Notes: a model not told the origin generated them from the letters alone. A stretch of 64,000 nucleotides of DNA from Thermofilaceae archaeon (GCA_038861545.1 JAWCCZ010000001.1:384001-448000); one strand, 5' to 3'; counted from the stretch's first letter, positions 1 through 10,394 are shown. Made by a program: numbers and translations.

Positions 1-181
1 TTGCATTGAATTTTACTACACCGCTTTAGGTCTGTGAACTAAATACAGCGAATCAGTTTTTACTATAGCACGCGAAGCATGCTATAGCGAAAGCAGGGAT
101 ATCTATTGCTTTGGACCGAGCTAGCGGAGAGCGCTGTACATAGCGAAGCGTACATAAGGATCCTCTAAAATATATCAAACT

Positions 182-910
182 ATGTCCCTTAAATCTTTAA
201 AGGGGTGCTTTATTATTGTAGCTCACAGAGGGGCTAGCGGCTACGAGCCTGAGAACACGCTAAGGTCTGTACGTAAAGCCTTGGAAATGGGAGTGGACGC
301 GGTTGAGGTCGACGTGCGGTTAAGCAGAGACGGAGTGCCTGTTGTGATCCATGATGAGACTGTAGATAGGACGACTAATGGGAGCGGGCGCGTAAGCGAC
401 ATGACCTTGAAAGAGCTGAAACGCCTTGACGCGGGAGCGGGTGAGCAAATACCTTTACTGGAGGAGGTCTTAGAGGTTGTGAAGGGTCACGCGCCTCTTT
501 TCGCAGAAATTAAGGAGCTAGAGGTTGTTAAGCCATCACTTGGGGTAGTCAGAAAGAAGGAGATGCTAGATGACGTGCTTTTCATATCGTTTTACTCAGA
601 GGCTCTATCCGTACTGAGAGAGTTGGAGCCAGCCGCTCACTTAGGCCTTATTTACGCTAAACCTGATAACGGTATCGTAGGTGCGAGAAAACTGGGCTGC
701 GAGTTCGTTCTACCCTTCTACAGGCTCGCGACTGAGAAAGCTATAGCTTTGGCTCATCGCCTCAAGCTCGGCGTAGTAGCATGGACAGTAGACGAATTAG
801 AGACAGCGGTTGAGCTGAAGAAACACGGGGTGGACGGCGTTGCGAGCAATTACCCCGATAGGCTTTTCCCGCTGAGGGATACTAGCGTTGCGAGAAGGAG
901 AATAGGATAA
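182..910 (+). CDS. Glycerophosphodiester phosphodiesterase (GDPD family)
   Basis: AHRGASGYEPENT, VEVDVRLSRDGVPVVIHDETVDRTT and WTVD...GVDGVASNYP are hallmark GDPD motifs. Confidence 0.95.
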   Translation: MSLKSLKGCFIIVAHRGASGYEPENTLRSVRKALEMGVDAVEVDVRLSRDGVPVVIHDETVDRTTNGSGRVSDMTLKELKRLDAGAGEQIPLLEEVLEVVKGHAPLFAEIKELEVVKPSLGVVRKKEMLDDVLFISFYSEALSVLRELEPAAHLGLIYAKPDNGIVGARKLGCEFVLPFYRLATEKAIALAHRLKLGVVAWTVDELETAVELKKHGVDGVASNYPDRLFPLRDTSVARRRIG

Positions 911-923
911 ATTATTTTTCAGC

Positions 924-3896
924 CTAGTCGTAGAGTAATAGTTTCAAGCTTTTGAATCCGAATGGTCTCAATACGTATTCATCCGTCCAATGCATCTCAT
1001 CGTAAAACGTTTCGGGACCAGTCCATGAAGGATCTCCATCTTTGTAGTGAAGGGGGCCGAAAAAATTCCTCAAAGTGCCGACGAGTACAACCTTTACTTC
1101 GTTTGAGCCAGCCTTGACTAATCCTGTTAAATCTACTTTGTAAGGTGGTACGAAAACGGTGCCTGCTCTAGCCCCATTAACATGGACTTCGGCTACCGCG
1201 GCGCTCAACTCCTCGAACACAAGTACAGCCTTCCTCGGTTCGAAAGGTACGTGAAAGGTTTTCGCGAGCTCTACAACACCAGCGTAGAAGGGCAACCCCT
1301 CTTTACAGAGATCGGAGGAGTTAACAGTACCTTTACCCTCAACTATCCTAGAGGCCCCTCGAGCTCCTGTCTCAACAGCAAAATCTCCAATAACGTATAG
1401 CTGTTCTAACTCCGGTTCAATACCTACCGCTCCATGTACTTCAACTATGTTCATACCATACCGGAGCTGATTCGAGATTTGCGCCATACCGAAGCGGGGG
1501 TCAAACCACACACATTCCCAGTTCTTTATCACTCTTCCATTCACGAAGATATCGTACAGATGCGGCGTTTCAACAATTAGGTAGATGTCGTGTTCACTCG
1601 GGTTAATGAGGCACTCGAATTCAAAGCGGAGTGCGAATCGGGCTCCCACACCCCCGCTCGTTACCTCCCTTTGGGCTTTCCCTATCGGAACTATCTCGCT
1701 CCAGGAGTCTCCCTCAAGCCTATACCTGCAGTAATCCAGTACTAGTGCGTTCGGGCCAAGCTTCCTCAGCGCCCAACCCTCTTCATCCCCAGTGATCACA
1801 AGCGCAGGTTTCTGCTCGGTCTTCGTTTTCTTGCGAGGTACATTTGAGGATAGGGTAAGGAGGGTTGAGCCGACCGGCTCGAGATCTAGCTCTATCCACG
1901 TTCTTCCGTTTTTCAGCTGTGCCCCCAAATTTTCCGCTTTTCCGGAAAGCGCATCCCACAGTATTGGTTCCCACGATCCTTCGATGCCCACTTTGAGTGA
2001 ACGGGCTGAACTCCTATCGGTATTCGCTACGAAGAGGATGAAGCCACCGTCTACCTTCCTTAAGTGATAGAGAACCACCCCCTCTGGGTCTCCTTCGATG
2101 ACCACCGGTCGGGGAACTCCCTTGAGAGCCTCTTCAAGGACGCCGCGGTTGATGGATTGCGCGAACCTCGCGCGGTTAACAAGTTTCGCCAACTCATTCG
2201 AATGGTGACAATCAACCATCTCCGGGGCTTTTTCAGTGAACACCACAGTACCACCAGCTTCAATGAATTCTTCTAACAACTTTAACGTAGTTGAAGCGAG
2301 GGTGATGCAAGGCGGTATAATTACAGCGTCGTAGGAGGCTTCACCCACTCTAAGCCTAGAACCGTCAACGTAAGCATACTTGGCCATGATTATTTCGTCG
2401 CCGAGCTCGAAGTCCACGTGCAGGGCTATTAACTCCTTTAACAGGTTCCCGAGCTTCTCATCGAGCTCAGCGACGCGCTTTTCGGAGAGAGGTGTGTACA
2501 GGGCCCAGGCGCTGCCGATAGGGTGCAACACAAGCACGTTAGCGACGCGCGATCCCCTAGATAAAGCATAGCTAAGTCTAGCGAAATAATCTTCAACAAG
2601 TCTGTTGTAATTCCACCAGGGTTGCGCCCAGTGGAAATTTAGTCCATAGTCTTTCTTCCTCCTACCTCTGAGCGAGTACGGGACTAAGTGGTGATTAAGG
2701 AAGTTGACACCCAAAGCGTAGAGAAAATCCCCAATCCACTTCCTATCAGCAAACGTTGGGTAGTTTCCAGTACACCCGTAGGTCTCGCACAGCACCCGCG
2801 TTTTACCGAGCTGGTTCGCAACACTAGCTACCTGCTTCACTGTAAGTAGGCTATGCCAGATTTGGAAGCCCAGGTGGTCGATACCGGGTATATGCATATA
2901 CTCGTAATGCGGCATTACAGCGCCGCCACACCTCAATTGGCTCAACATAGTATCCTCAGCCAGGTAATGACCAGTAAACTTCAACCCTCTCTCTTCACAC
3001 CATTCGTAGATTTGCTTGGAAAAGGCTTCAACGAAGAGTAGCGTGACGGTTTTCCAAAAATCATACCGGGTTTTCAGGTAATCACCCACGTTAAAGAAGA
3101 GTTCTGGGAGGCGTAGTATAACATCGTATCCGTTTAACTCCCTAAATTTCTCCGGTAAATTGCTTGTCCAAGGTATCGAGAAAGGTGGGAACCTAGGGCC
3201 TCTCGGCGGTAACCTAGGGCGTAGGTGTGGCCTACTAGATTCAATGTTAGGTTCGTCGGTGAAAACCCCTGGGACAGTTTTGCCGAACTCGGCACGGAAT
3301 CTTTCATACGGTTTGTATGCAGCTTCAATGAAAGCTTTCACAGCTTTAGGGTCTAGTAGGTCAACATAGCTGAAACCCTCATACCAGGTATCACCAATAG
3401 GCGCAATGTACTCTAGGAATGTGAGGTAAAAAGGCGACTTCCCCGCTTCACCGGGTAAAGCTCGCTCATAGCCTATTGGAACCCCCCGCTCATCTAGTAG
3501 CAGCCGAAAAGTGGCTATAACTTCATCCCCAATAAAGCTCCTTTCCGAGACAACCATCACGAGCGCTTTAGCTCTCATCTCTGGCCCTAAAGCTGGAACC
3601 AGTCCACCAGCGAAACCTGAAGGCCACCGCAACTCATCGTACACCCAGACATAGGCTCCAAGCTTGCTAGCTTCATCGACTGCCGCCTCGAAAGACTTGA
3701 ACCATTCCTCAGCGAGAAATGGTGTAGCTAATCCCTCCCTTGCATGGAAGAAAGCCCCGCCAAAACCGGCCTCAGCCATTAAACGTACTTGCTTCCTAAC
3801 TTCATCAGGATCAAGGGCATCGTTTATCGACCAGAAAGGAGCTCCCCTGAACTCGGTTGGCGTTTTCTCAAATAAGGATCGATCTAGTATGCTCAC
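924..3896 (-). CDS. Glycoside hydrolase, GH106-like (alpha-L-rhamnosidase-like) with C-terminal beta-sandwich domains
   Basis: PFWSIN, WVYDELRWPSGFAGG, GVFTDEP, FTGHYLAE, PGIDHLG, LCETYG and GVNFLNHH motifs; 990 aa; no signal peptide. Confidence 0.8.
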   Translation of the reverse strand: MSILDRSLFEKTPTEFRGAPFWSINDALDPDEVRKQVRLMAEAGFGGAFFHAREGLATPFLAEEWFKSFEAAVDEASKLGAYVWVYDELRWPSGFAGGLVPALGPEMRAKALVMVVSERSFIGDEVIATFRLLLDERGVPIGYERALPGEAGKSPFYLTFLEYIAPIGDTWYEGFSYVDLLDPKAVKAFIEAAYKPYERFRAEFGKTVPGVFTDEPNIESSRPHLRPRLPPRGPRFPPFSIPWTSNLPEKFRELNGYDVILRLPELFFNVGDYLKTRYDFWKTVTLLFVEAFSKQIYEWCEERGLKFTGHYLAEDTMLSQLRCGGAVMPHYEYMHIPGIDHLGFQIWHSLLTVKQVASVANQLGKTRVLCETYGCTGNYPTFADRKWIGDFLYALGVNFLNHHLVPYSLRGRRKKDYGLNFHWAQPWWNYNRLVEDYFARLSYALSRGSRVANVLVLHPIGSAWALYTPLSEKRVAELDEKLGNLLKELIALHVDFELGDEIIMAKYAYVDGSRLRVGEASYDAVIIPPCITLASTTLKLLEEFIEAGGTVVFTEKAPEMVDCHHSNELAKLVNRARFAQSINRGVLEEALKGVPRPVVIEGDPEGVVLYHLRKVDGGFILFVANTDRSSARSLKVGIEGSWEPILWDALSGKAENLGAQLKNGRTWIELDLEPVGSTLLTLSSNVPRKKTKTEQKPALVITGDEEGWALRKLGPNALVLDYCRYRLEGDSWSEIVPIGKAQREVTSGGVGARFALRFEFECLINPSEHDIYLIVETPHLYDIFVNGRVIKNWECVWFDPRFGMAQISNQLRYGMNIVEVHGAVGIEPELEQLYVIGDFAVETGARGASRIVEGKGTVNSSDLCKEGLPFYAGVVELAKTFHVPFEPRKAVLVFEELSAAVAEVHVNGARAGTVFVPPYKVDLTGLVKAGSNEVKVVLVGTLRNFFGPLHYKDGDPSWTGPETFYDEMHWTDEYVLRPFGFKSLKLLLYD

Positions 3897-3977
3897 GTGA
3901 AAGCGTAGCTGTACTTGCTAAAATAGTTGACCTTCCTCAGCGGAATCGTCTTTAACCACTAAAGGTATACTAAGATT

Positions 3978-4541
3978 GTGTCAGGAAACATTAGCATCGG
4001 TTCTGAGAAACTAAGGGGTATAAATAGGTTGAAAGAATTGGCTATAAAGCTGGGAGCGGAGGACGCGGTCGAGCTACCGGCCGAGAAGATCATTGTAAGG
4101 GATTGGGTCCGATGGAAATGCAGGTTCGGGTGCGGAGAATACGGTCGAAGGTTGACTTGTCCGCCTTTCAGCCCCAGCCCAGAGGAGACCCGGAGAGTTC
4201 TCCGAGAGTATGGTTTATGCCTTTTAGTTAGGTTCGGCCCTTGCATCGAGGCGGGGTATGGGGAGGGGGTTAACATACATGAAGTTATGTTCGAGCTCGA
4301 ACGCACGGCTTTCCTTATGGGCTACTACCCAGCTTTCGCCTTAGCGAGCGGGCCTTGCCCCTACTGCGAGGAATGCGTTTTAAAGGAAGGTTTATGCAGG
4401 CACCCGGAGAAAGCCAGACCCTCGATGGAGGCTTGCGGCATCGATGTTTATGCTACCTCGAAAAACGCGGGTTATGATCTTAATGTAGTTACATCACGCA
4501 ATCAACGGCCAACTTTCTTCGGGCTTCTTCTCCTCGCATAA
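3978..4541 (+). CDS. DUF2284 Cys-rich metal-binding protein
   Basis: VRWKCRFGCGEYG..LTCPP, GPCPYCEEC, CRHPEKARPSMEACGIDV. Confidence 0.9.
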   Translation: MSGNISIGSEKLRGINRLKELAIKLGAEDAVELPAEKIIVRDWVRWKCRFGCGEYGRRLTCPPFSPSPEETRRVLREYGLCLLVRFGPCIEAGYGEGVNIHEVMFELERTAFLMGYYPAFALASGPCPYCEECVLKEGLCRHPEKARPSMEACGIDVYATSKNAGYDLNVVTSRNQRPTFFGLLLLA

Positions 4542-4577
4542 CGTCGATTCGACTTACTTTGACTATGTGTAGTGCAT

Positions 4578-5618
4578 TTGAGTAGCTTTATCCGAGAGCT
4601 AGATCACGGGATCTACTTCGACGAGGTTTACAGGAGGTGACTAGGTAAGTGTATCGGAGGTGCGGTAGGCGCGCAAGTAGAAGGTAGAAAACAGAAGTTC
4701 AACTTTACGGAGGAGGATGCTTTCTCCGAAAAGTGGCCGTCTAACGATGACTTAGGCCTGCAAGTGTTATAGCTACATGCGATTGAGGAGAGGGGTATTT
4801 ACTTGGTAAGCGGGGACTTTTTGATATTACTTCAACTAGTACAGCCGTTTCTTAAAGAACTATGCTAAAGGTATTGAACCGCCGCTATCTGGCTGGTTCA
4901 ACAACGATTACTTTAAAGAGTCGATAGGTTAAGCCTATTAGATCCGAGATTTGGGGCTTTTATCCGTCCTGGAAATCCGGGGCTCGCAACAGATTACGTC
5001 AAAAGAGATGCAGTGCTTGACTACTCTCAAGGCTCGGTGTGAGCAGAGTGGTTTTATGCAGCTACAGAAGCTGAAGTCTTTTTCGAGGATGGAGTGGAGA
5101 ACCTTGTTCAGTTAATGATTAACTGCAGGATTTGGGAGTCCTGATGCAACTTCGGTTTACCAGAACGTGGATTTTACACTCATAGCTCTCCTCTGAGTGA
5201 AAAGAATTTCAAAAAACCATGTTAAAGGCGTTGAATTGTGGATACGATACCGATTACACTTGCGCGACAGCCGGTGCGATTCTAGGGGATTCTTGGGGAA
5301 GGCGAGATTTCTGTTATCTTCTTCAGAATGTCTATGCGCTTTACAGTAAACAGGAATCGCTTGTAATCGGCGCCTCAGGTGAGGTTAAAGTTTGGCTTAA
5401 TAGTCAGGTTTTAGGGGATGGGCGCTCTAAAAGCTGTTTTTGGAACCTTAATGTACTGGTTCACCACGCACCTAGAGAAAGATATTAACACCCTGACAAT
5501 TAATATGTTAAGAAAACTCTAAAGCCAAAGCTTGGCTTAGATACATACGCTGAAAACTCAACGAAAGCGCTGGAGGTACTCAGTTTGGCAGGTAGATCTG
5601 GGAAGCTTCCTAGATTGA
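4578..5618 (+). pseudogene. Decayed ADP-ribosylglycohydrolase-family gene
   Basis: Reading from TTG 4578 gives YFDEVYRR*LGKCIGGAVGAQVEG...SNDDLGLQVL*LHAIEE. After frameshifts come GIEPPLSGWFNNDYFKES, PIRSEIWG and NCGYDTDYTCATAGAILG (ORF 5219-5488). These match the family motifs in the intact gene at 60927. The 3' end is approximate. Confidence 0.85.
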
Positions 5619-5819
5619 AACCAATCTTCACTGTATAGCACCTTAAATTGACAGCTACTGAGTCTGCAGTAGTTTTAACTATTTAAGGCTTAGATAAGTA
5701 AAGAAAATATAGGCTGTGACTAAACCTCGACAAAAGCAAGGTTGGTACTTCCATCTTCCGGACAGAAAAGTATGAAAAGTGTGGGGAATGCTCAGAGCTA
5801 ATTACCTAGCGCGTAAGCT

Positions 5820-8800
5820 TCAAGCTACTTCGATGAGCTCCCCGCCCCTACCTCGAGATAGCGCCCTAACGCCTGATTCTTTCGCAGCTTTCAGGGCTAA
5901 AGAACTTAGGCTCTTATCGTCAGAATTTATATAAACGATATCCACCTCTTGCAGCTTATCTTTCACCTCGTAGGGAACTTTTTCAAACTGAACCTGGCTA
6001 AGGGATCTAACCTCCAATGCCGCTCGGTAGCCAAGTCTCTTTAAAGACTGGTCAAGAATCTTTTTAAGCCGCTCTGAATCTTCTGGCGTGAACACTAGTA
6101 AGTAACGTGGAGAGAGAAGTGTTACAGCTTCCTTGACTAATTCTTGAGAGGAGCGGATGAAGAGGGCTACACGCCCACTTCTAGCACTCCACTGCAAGGC
6201 TAGCTCGCGTACGAGAGAAGCCACATCTCTTAAGCATTGATTTGCAAAAGATGTGAAAATCGTCACTACTCTCGAATGAAGTTCGACTGTATAGTACTTG
6301 TCGGTTTTCTTCACGGCGATGGTGTTGTAGGATTTAAAGGCCCTTCCTTCAACTTGAGCATACTCGAAGTAAACTTTATAGTTTCTACCTTGCTCGAAAC
6401 TTTCCTCAAAAACTTCAACATTAAAAACGCTGACTTTATGCGCCCGCATCTCTTCAAGCCTTGAAGCGACAAACTTAGTGAAGGATTCAGCTTCTTGGGA
6501 ATCCCTAATAACAACCGGTATAGTTGTTACTAGTTCAACCGCTCTTTCTGCATCCTCTCTTCCAACTACTTCACTCTCAGGAGTCCATCTCCGCTTTAAA
6601 GAGGGGACAGCCAGTAGCACGGCTCTCATAGCCGGCTGTAAAGAGCCGAAGATCGATATAACTATAGAGGCGAGCACGGAAAATACCGCAGATGGAAGAT
6701 CCACTTTAGCGTCGACGGGCACCTGCAAATTAAATACATGAAACATGCGGAAAACCGCTAAACCCAACATGTATCCGGTAACGCCGCCTGCAAAGCCTAC
6801 AATGCAAGCACCGGTTATAAACAACACCGATAATTGATCTGGAGTAGCGCCAAGCGTTGAAAGCGTGTAGACTTCTCTTCTTAACTCATAGACAAACCCA
6901 ATAAACGACAGGAAAAGCATGAGTAATGCTATCACCGCGGGGACCACCATTTCTCCACCTCGAATTTCCAGCCTCGTACCTGGATAATAGACGCGCACAA
7001 TTTCACCCGGTTCGGATACATACACAGTGTAGCCACCGAGAACGCTTAGGCTTTCAGCAAGTTCATCGCTTTGGAATCGGTCGCTTAACTCAACGTATAC
7101 CTTGTTAGTATTTGCCCCAAGGAGTAGTGAATCCATATAATTCACGACGATTGTGCTTTCTGGAGCGACTTTCGTGGCGCTCATGCCGAATACAACAGTG
7201 GGAATCAGATCTTCACCATCGAGGTCCTTCAGCTGGGAGAACTTTCTACTGTCGAACACTCCCACAATTGTGAACTCCACTCCCTGTATTGATATTACAT
7301 CACCAACGCTTTTCTCCGTGCGCTTGGCAACTAGGTCACTGACTATTACCTTCCCTCTATCGCAGACGTCTTCGACTGCGCCCGCTATTAGCGTGCCTTT
7401 TAGAAGTTCTAAAACCGGAGAACCTCTTGATACTCCTATTATCCCACTTATCGGTACGCCTTGCAGGGTTTCTATCGGATTCATTGGGAAAAGCGCCAAA
7501 GCGTTGGGTGCAACCCAAGTAACTCCTTCTCTACCACTAATGAAACCAAGGCCCAATGGGTTTAAAGGCCCTGCTGGGGAAAGGCCCCTAGCGATCAGAA
7601 AAGTCTTACCAAGGAATTGAGAAACCCATCCGGCTTCTTGGTAACTGAGTGAAGAATAAGCAGCGAACGACGTTAAACATGTAAGGCCCGCTGACACCGC
7701 TGTAACCATCAATAGCATTAAAGTGGCTCTAGCTCTTCTCTTAGAGAAGAAGTTAACCGCGAAGTTGAAAATCGAGGAAGCCAGTCCCTCAAGTGAAGCG
7801 CCACTGGCAGTGCGCACTCCCCTTACAGTTACTACTTTCACTACACCAAGCCCCACTAAGGTAAGGCCTGCCGCTGCCGTGGTTACCGCTGCGGCTTCTG
7901 AACTCACGGTCAGCCCAGGGGTCACGGAGTAAGCAGCTAGGGTTAAAGTCACAACTAGCGCTAGAAAGGCTGTTACTCTTTTCCCTTTTTCACTGAAGAA
8001 TAGGCAAGCCATCAAGAAGCTGGCTATACCGCCGACTACGAGAAGGAAAATCGTGTACCACGGAGAGGGTCCAGTGGCTATTCTAGCTAGACGTTCGGAT
8101 ATCTCCATTAGCAAGGTAAAAGCTAGTTTTTGGTCAATGCTTACCCTTAGTCTATCTCCCTCTTTAAGCTTCAACTGCTCTACTGCTTGCGAGATCAAAA
8201 TGTTAGTGGATCCTAGGTAGTAACCATTTTCCTCTAGTTTTCTGACATTAGCCGTTAAGTTGAGTATAACCCGCTGCAGGTTTTCATTATTAGACGCGAA
8301 TATTCGCTCTGCTATAGTTGCAATACGTAGCGTCTCGTTTAGGCGTGCCGCGACGTGTTCAATAATTGTACCCCGGAATCCATCGATCTCATAATGTACA
8401 GTTAGTTCTACCTCTCTATCTGGGGGTAGTATAATGGAATTAGACATAAAATACAGCTCAGAAGCATAAGCTCCTAAAGCTAGCTGCTCCTTTGGGGAGA
8501 GGATCCTAAACATACTGTTTTCGAGAATAGGGGTATAGTTAGTTTCAACCGTGAAAATTGGAAGCTCTCCACTTAAAGAGGGGAGCGTCTCTAGAATTAC
8601 TCTGCCACCATACTCAACAGGCCATTCAATCACGAGCCCTTGCGCTAAGGAGTTTTCGTCAAGAGATAGCACGTAAGGGACAAAGTTGACTTCTCTTGAA
8701 AATGGCCCTAAAACCGCGAAGCTCTTAAAACCGGAAGGTAAACTTATTTCTGCTTGAGCCCCTTTCACTTCTACAACCAGGAGCAATGGTACTTCCACGG

Positions 8801-9092
8801 TGAACTGCCGCCGCCCCGGGAATCTTGGAAACATTGTCCTCGTAACAGTTACATTTATAGCGAAAAACCCCTCTACAGGTTTAGTGAAAAGGATTTTAAT
8901 AGTCTGTTTAGAAGTATCAAGCTCTAAATTCTGAGTAGTGAAATTACCAGGGGAAGAATATAACTGAATATTGGGAGTTGCGTAGGCAAAGCTATCTGAG
9001 GTTAAATAATGTGAAACATTAGCTAAGAGAGCTGGTTGAAAAGATAGCACGACGATCAGCAGCAGGGCCTTCAATAGCCGGAAACTTAGCAT
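5820..9092 (-). CDS. Large MacB/FtsX-like permease-domain membrane protein with extra C-terminal Rossmann (CARF-like) domain
   Basis: Signal peptide and ectodomain, then a TM cluster, KRRARATLMLL (MacB TM1), an extracytoplasmic domain, and the FtsX signature VYELRREVYTLSTLGATPDQLSVLF followed by a cytoplasmic tail. Confidence 0.8.
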   Translation of the reverse strand: MLSFRLLKALLLIVVLSFQPALLANVSHYLTSDSFAYATPNIQLYSSPGNFTTQNLELDTSKQTIKILFTKPVEGFFAINVTVTRTMFPRFPGRRQFTVEVPLLLVVEVKGAQAEISLPSGFKSFAVLGPFSREVNFVPYVLSLDENSLAQGLVIEWPVEYGGRVILETLPSLSGELPIFTVETNYTPILENSMFRILSPKEQLALGAYASELYFMSNSIILPPDREVELTVHYEIDGFRGTIIEHVAARLNETLRIATIAERIFASNNENLQRVILNLTANVRKLEENGYYLGSTNILISQAVEQLKLKEGDRLRVSIDQKLAFTLLMEISERLARIATGPSPWYTIFLLVVGGIASFLMACLFFSEKGKRVTAFLALVVTLTLAAYSVTPGLTVSSEAAAVTTAAAGLTLVGLGVVKVVTVRGVRTASGASLEGLASSIFNFAVNFFSKRRARATLMLLMVTAVSAGLTCLTSFAAYSSLSYQEAGWVSQFLGKTFLIARGLSPAGPLNPLGLGFISGREGVTWVAPNALALFPMNPIETLQGVPISGIIGVSRGSPVLELLKGTLIAGAVEDVCDRGKVIVSDLVAKRTEKSVGDVISIQGVEFTIVGVFDSRKFSQLKDLDGEDLIPTVVFGMSATKVAPESTIVVNYMDSLLLGANTNKVYVELSDRFQSDELAESLSVLGGYTVYVSEPGEIVRVYYPGTRLEIRGGEMVVPAVIALLMLFLSFIGFVYELRREVYTLSTLGATPDQLSVLFITGACIVGFAGGVTGYMLGLAVFRMFHVFNLQVPVDAKVDLPSAVFSVLASIVISIFGSLQPAMRAVLLAVPSLKRRWTPESEVVGREDAERAVELVTTIPVVIRDSQEAESFTKFVASRLEEMRAHKVSVFNVEVFEESFEQGRNYKVYFEYAQVEGRAFKSYNTIAVKKTDKYYTVELHSRVVTIFTSFANQCLRDVASLVRELALQWSARSGRVALFIRSSQELVKEAVTLLSPRYLLVFTPEDSERLKKILDQSLKRLGYRAALEVRSLSQVQFEKVPYEVKDKLQEVDIVYINSDDKSLSSLALKAAKESGVRALSRGRGGELIEVA

Positions 9093-9179
9093 GCTAAGCT
9101 ACCCGAATCTCATTCTGAGAGAATCCTAATTAAGTTTTCTGTTATACTTAATTATCTTTGTATATTGTTTACTTATTAA

Positions 9180-10250
9180 CTATGAGCATTCCAAGTGAAG
9201 CTTAGAATGTTTCTCCAGTGCGTTAAGTAAGGCCTCAATGTTACTAAGTGGTACATCTTGGAGTATCTCTGCTGTAAATAGTAAACCCCCCCGTTTAAAA
9301 CCGAGTTCCTGTATTATTTTCTTGACCCGTATGTCTATCTCTTTGGGGGTGCCAAAAGGTAGGAGGCGTTGCCTATCTACATCAATATCGATAGCTACTT
9401 TCCCCTTTAAAACATTTTTAATTTCCTCTAACCTATTGATGTTTTCCTGTATGTTTAAAATATCAACGCCGGATGAAACAATATCTTCGACTATATTCAT
9501 CACGTATCCATCAGTATGCAGCCTAACTTTAGCTCCCTTACGTTTTGCTTCCGAGAATATTTTTTTGTAGCGTGGTAGAATGTATTGTCTAAATTTCTGA
9601 ATAGAATAAGGAAATCCTTTCTGAATACCGAGGTCATCTCCAAAGGAGACTACATCTACTCTCAGCTTCACCAGTTTTTTAACAACTTCAACATTATACT
9701 CTGTCACAATATCTATCAATTTTTCTAGTTGTGGAGGTTGTGTAACTAAATCTCTTAAAAAATTTAAATAACCTCTTAAATAGGTTAACCTAAGGAACAG
9801 GAAACCATGAGGCATAAAACCGATAGTTAACCCACCTAAGCTTCTAACATGATCTATAAAAGCTTCAACATCACTCCAGGGTATCGGGGGTTCCCCTTCC
9901 CTCGGTAATCCTAGTTCGGGATCTGGGATTTTTAGATCCTTCAACTTGCTCCAATCCTTTAGCGGAGCTTCCACTACGATGCCTTGCAAACCGTCAACTG
10001 CGTACTTCCATACGCACCCCCATTCATCCCTATACGTAGACGACGGCCTCGTGGGAGTATCGTAGTTGATCATACCCCTTTTAAACCCCGGGAAAATCAG
10101 TCTATGTTTTTCAACTATTTTCTCCAGTTTTTCGCGGTACCTCTTCCATGTGGGCAGCGGAATTGAAACAAAGCTAGGGATAAACCATGGATACTCAAAG
10201 TTTACAGCTTTTAGGTAGTTTTCTCTGAAAACCCTGAAGTCAACACCCAT
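9180..10250 (-). CDS. Uroporphyrinogen decarboxylase / MtaA-CmuA methyltransferase superfamily protein
   Basis: DEWGCVW, LRGYLNFLRDL, VSFGDDLG, LHTDG, DRQRLLPFGTPKEI, DVPLSNIEA. ATG 10250 is preferred over TTG 10271. Confidence 0.85.
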   Translation of the reverse strand: MGVDFRVFRENYLKAVNFEYPWFIPSFVSIPLPTWKRYREKLEKIVEKHRLIFPGFKRGMINYDTPTRPSSTYRDEWGCVWKYAVDGLQGIVVEAPLKDWSKLKDLKIPDPELGLPREGEPPIPWSDVEAFIDHVRSLGGLTIGFMPHGFLFLRLTYLRGYLNFLRDLVTQPPQLEKLIDIVTEYNVEVVKKLVKLRVDVVSFGDDLGIQKGFPYSIQKFRQYILPRYKKIFSEAKRKGAKVRLHTDGYVMNIVEDIVSSGVDILNIQENINRLEEIKNVLKGKVAIDIDVDRQRLLPFGTPKEIDIRVKKIIQELGFKRGGLLFTAEILQDVPLSNIEALLNALEKHSKLHLECS

Positions 10251-10394
10251 GGAAAGCCCTATGTTAATCAAGTTATTCTCGCTGATATATTTTGCCTTTT
10301 AGAATCAGAAGGGAAATAGTAGTAAGGTTCCAGCTCATTTAAATACTAAATGCGACTTGATATTTTATAAAAATAAAAATTATTAAATTTTTAT

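Noticed and set aside
4578-5100. Stop-codon readthrough (Sec/Pyl or recoding) in the ARH-like region
   Set aside because: The stops are mixed TGA/TAG/TAA and come with frameshifts, so ordinary pseudogene decay explains them.
5219-5488. Stand-alone 89-aa gene
   Set aside because: It is a fragment of the ARH pseudogene and shifts out of the family frame after GAILG.
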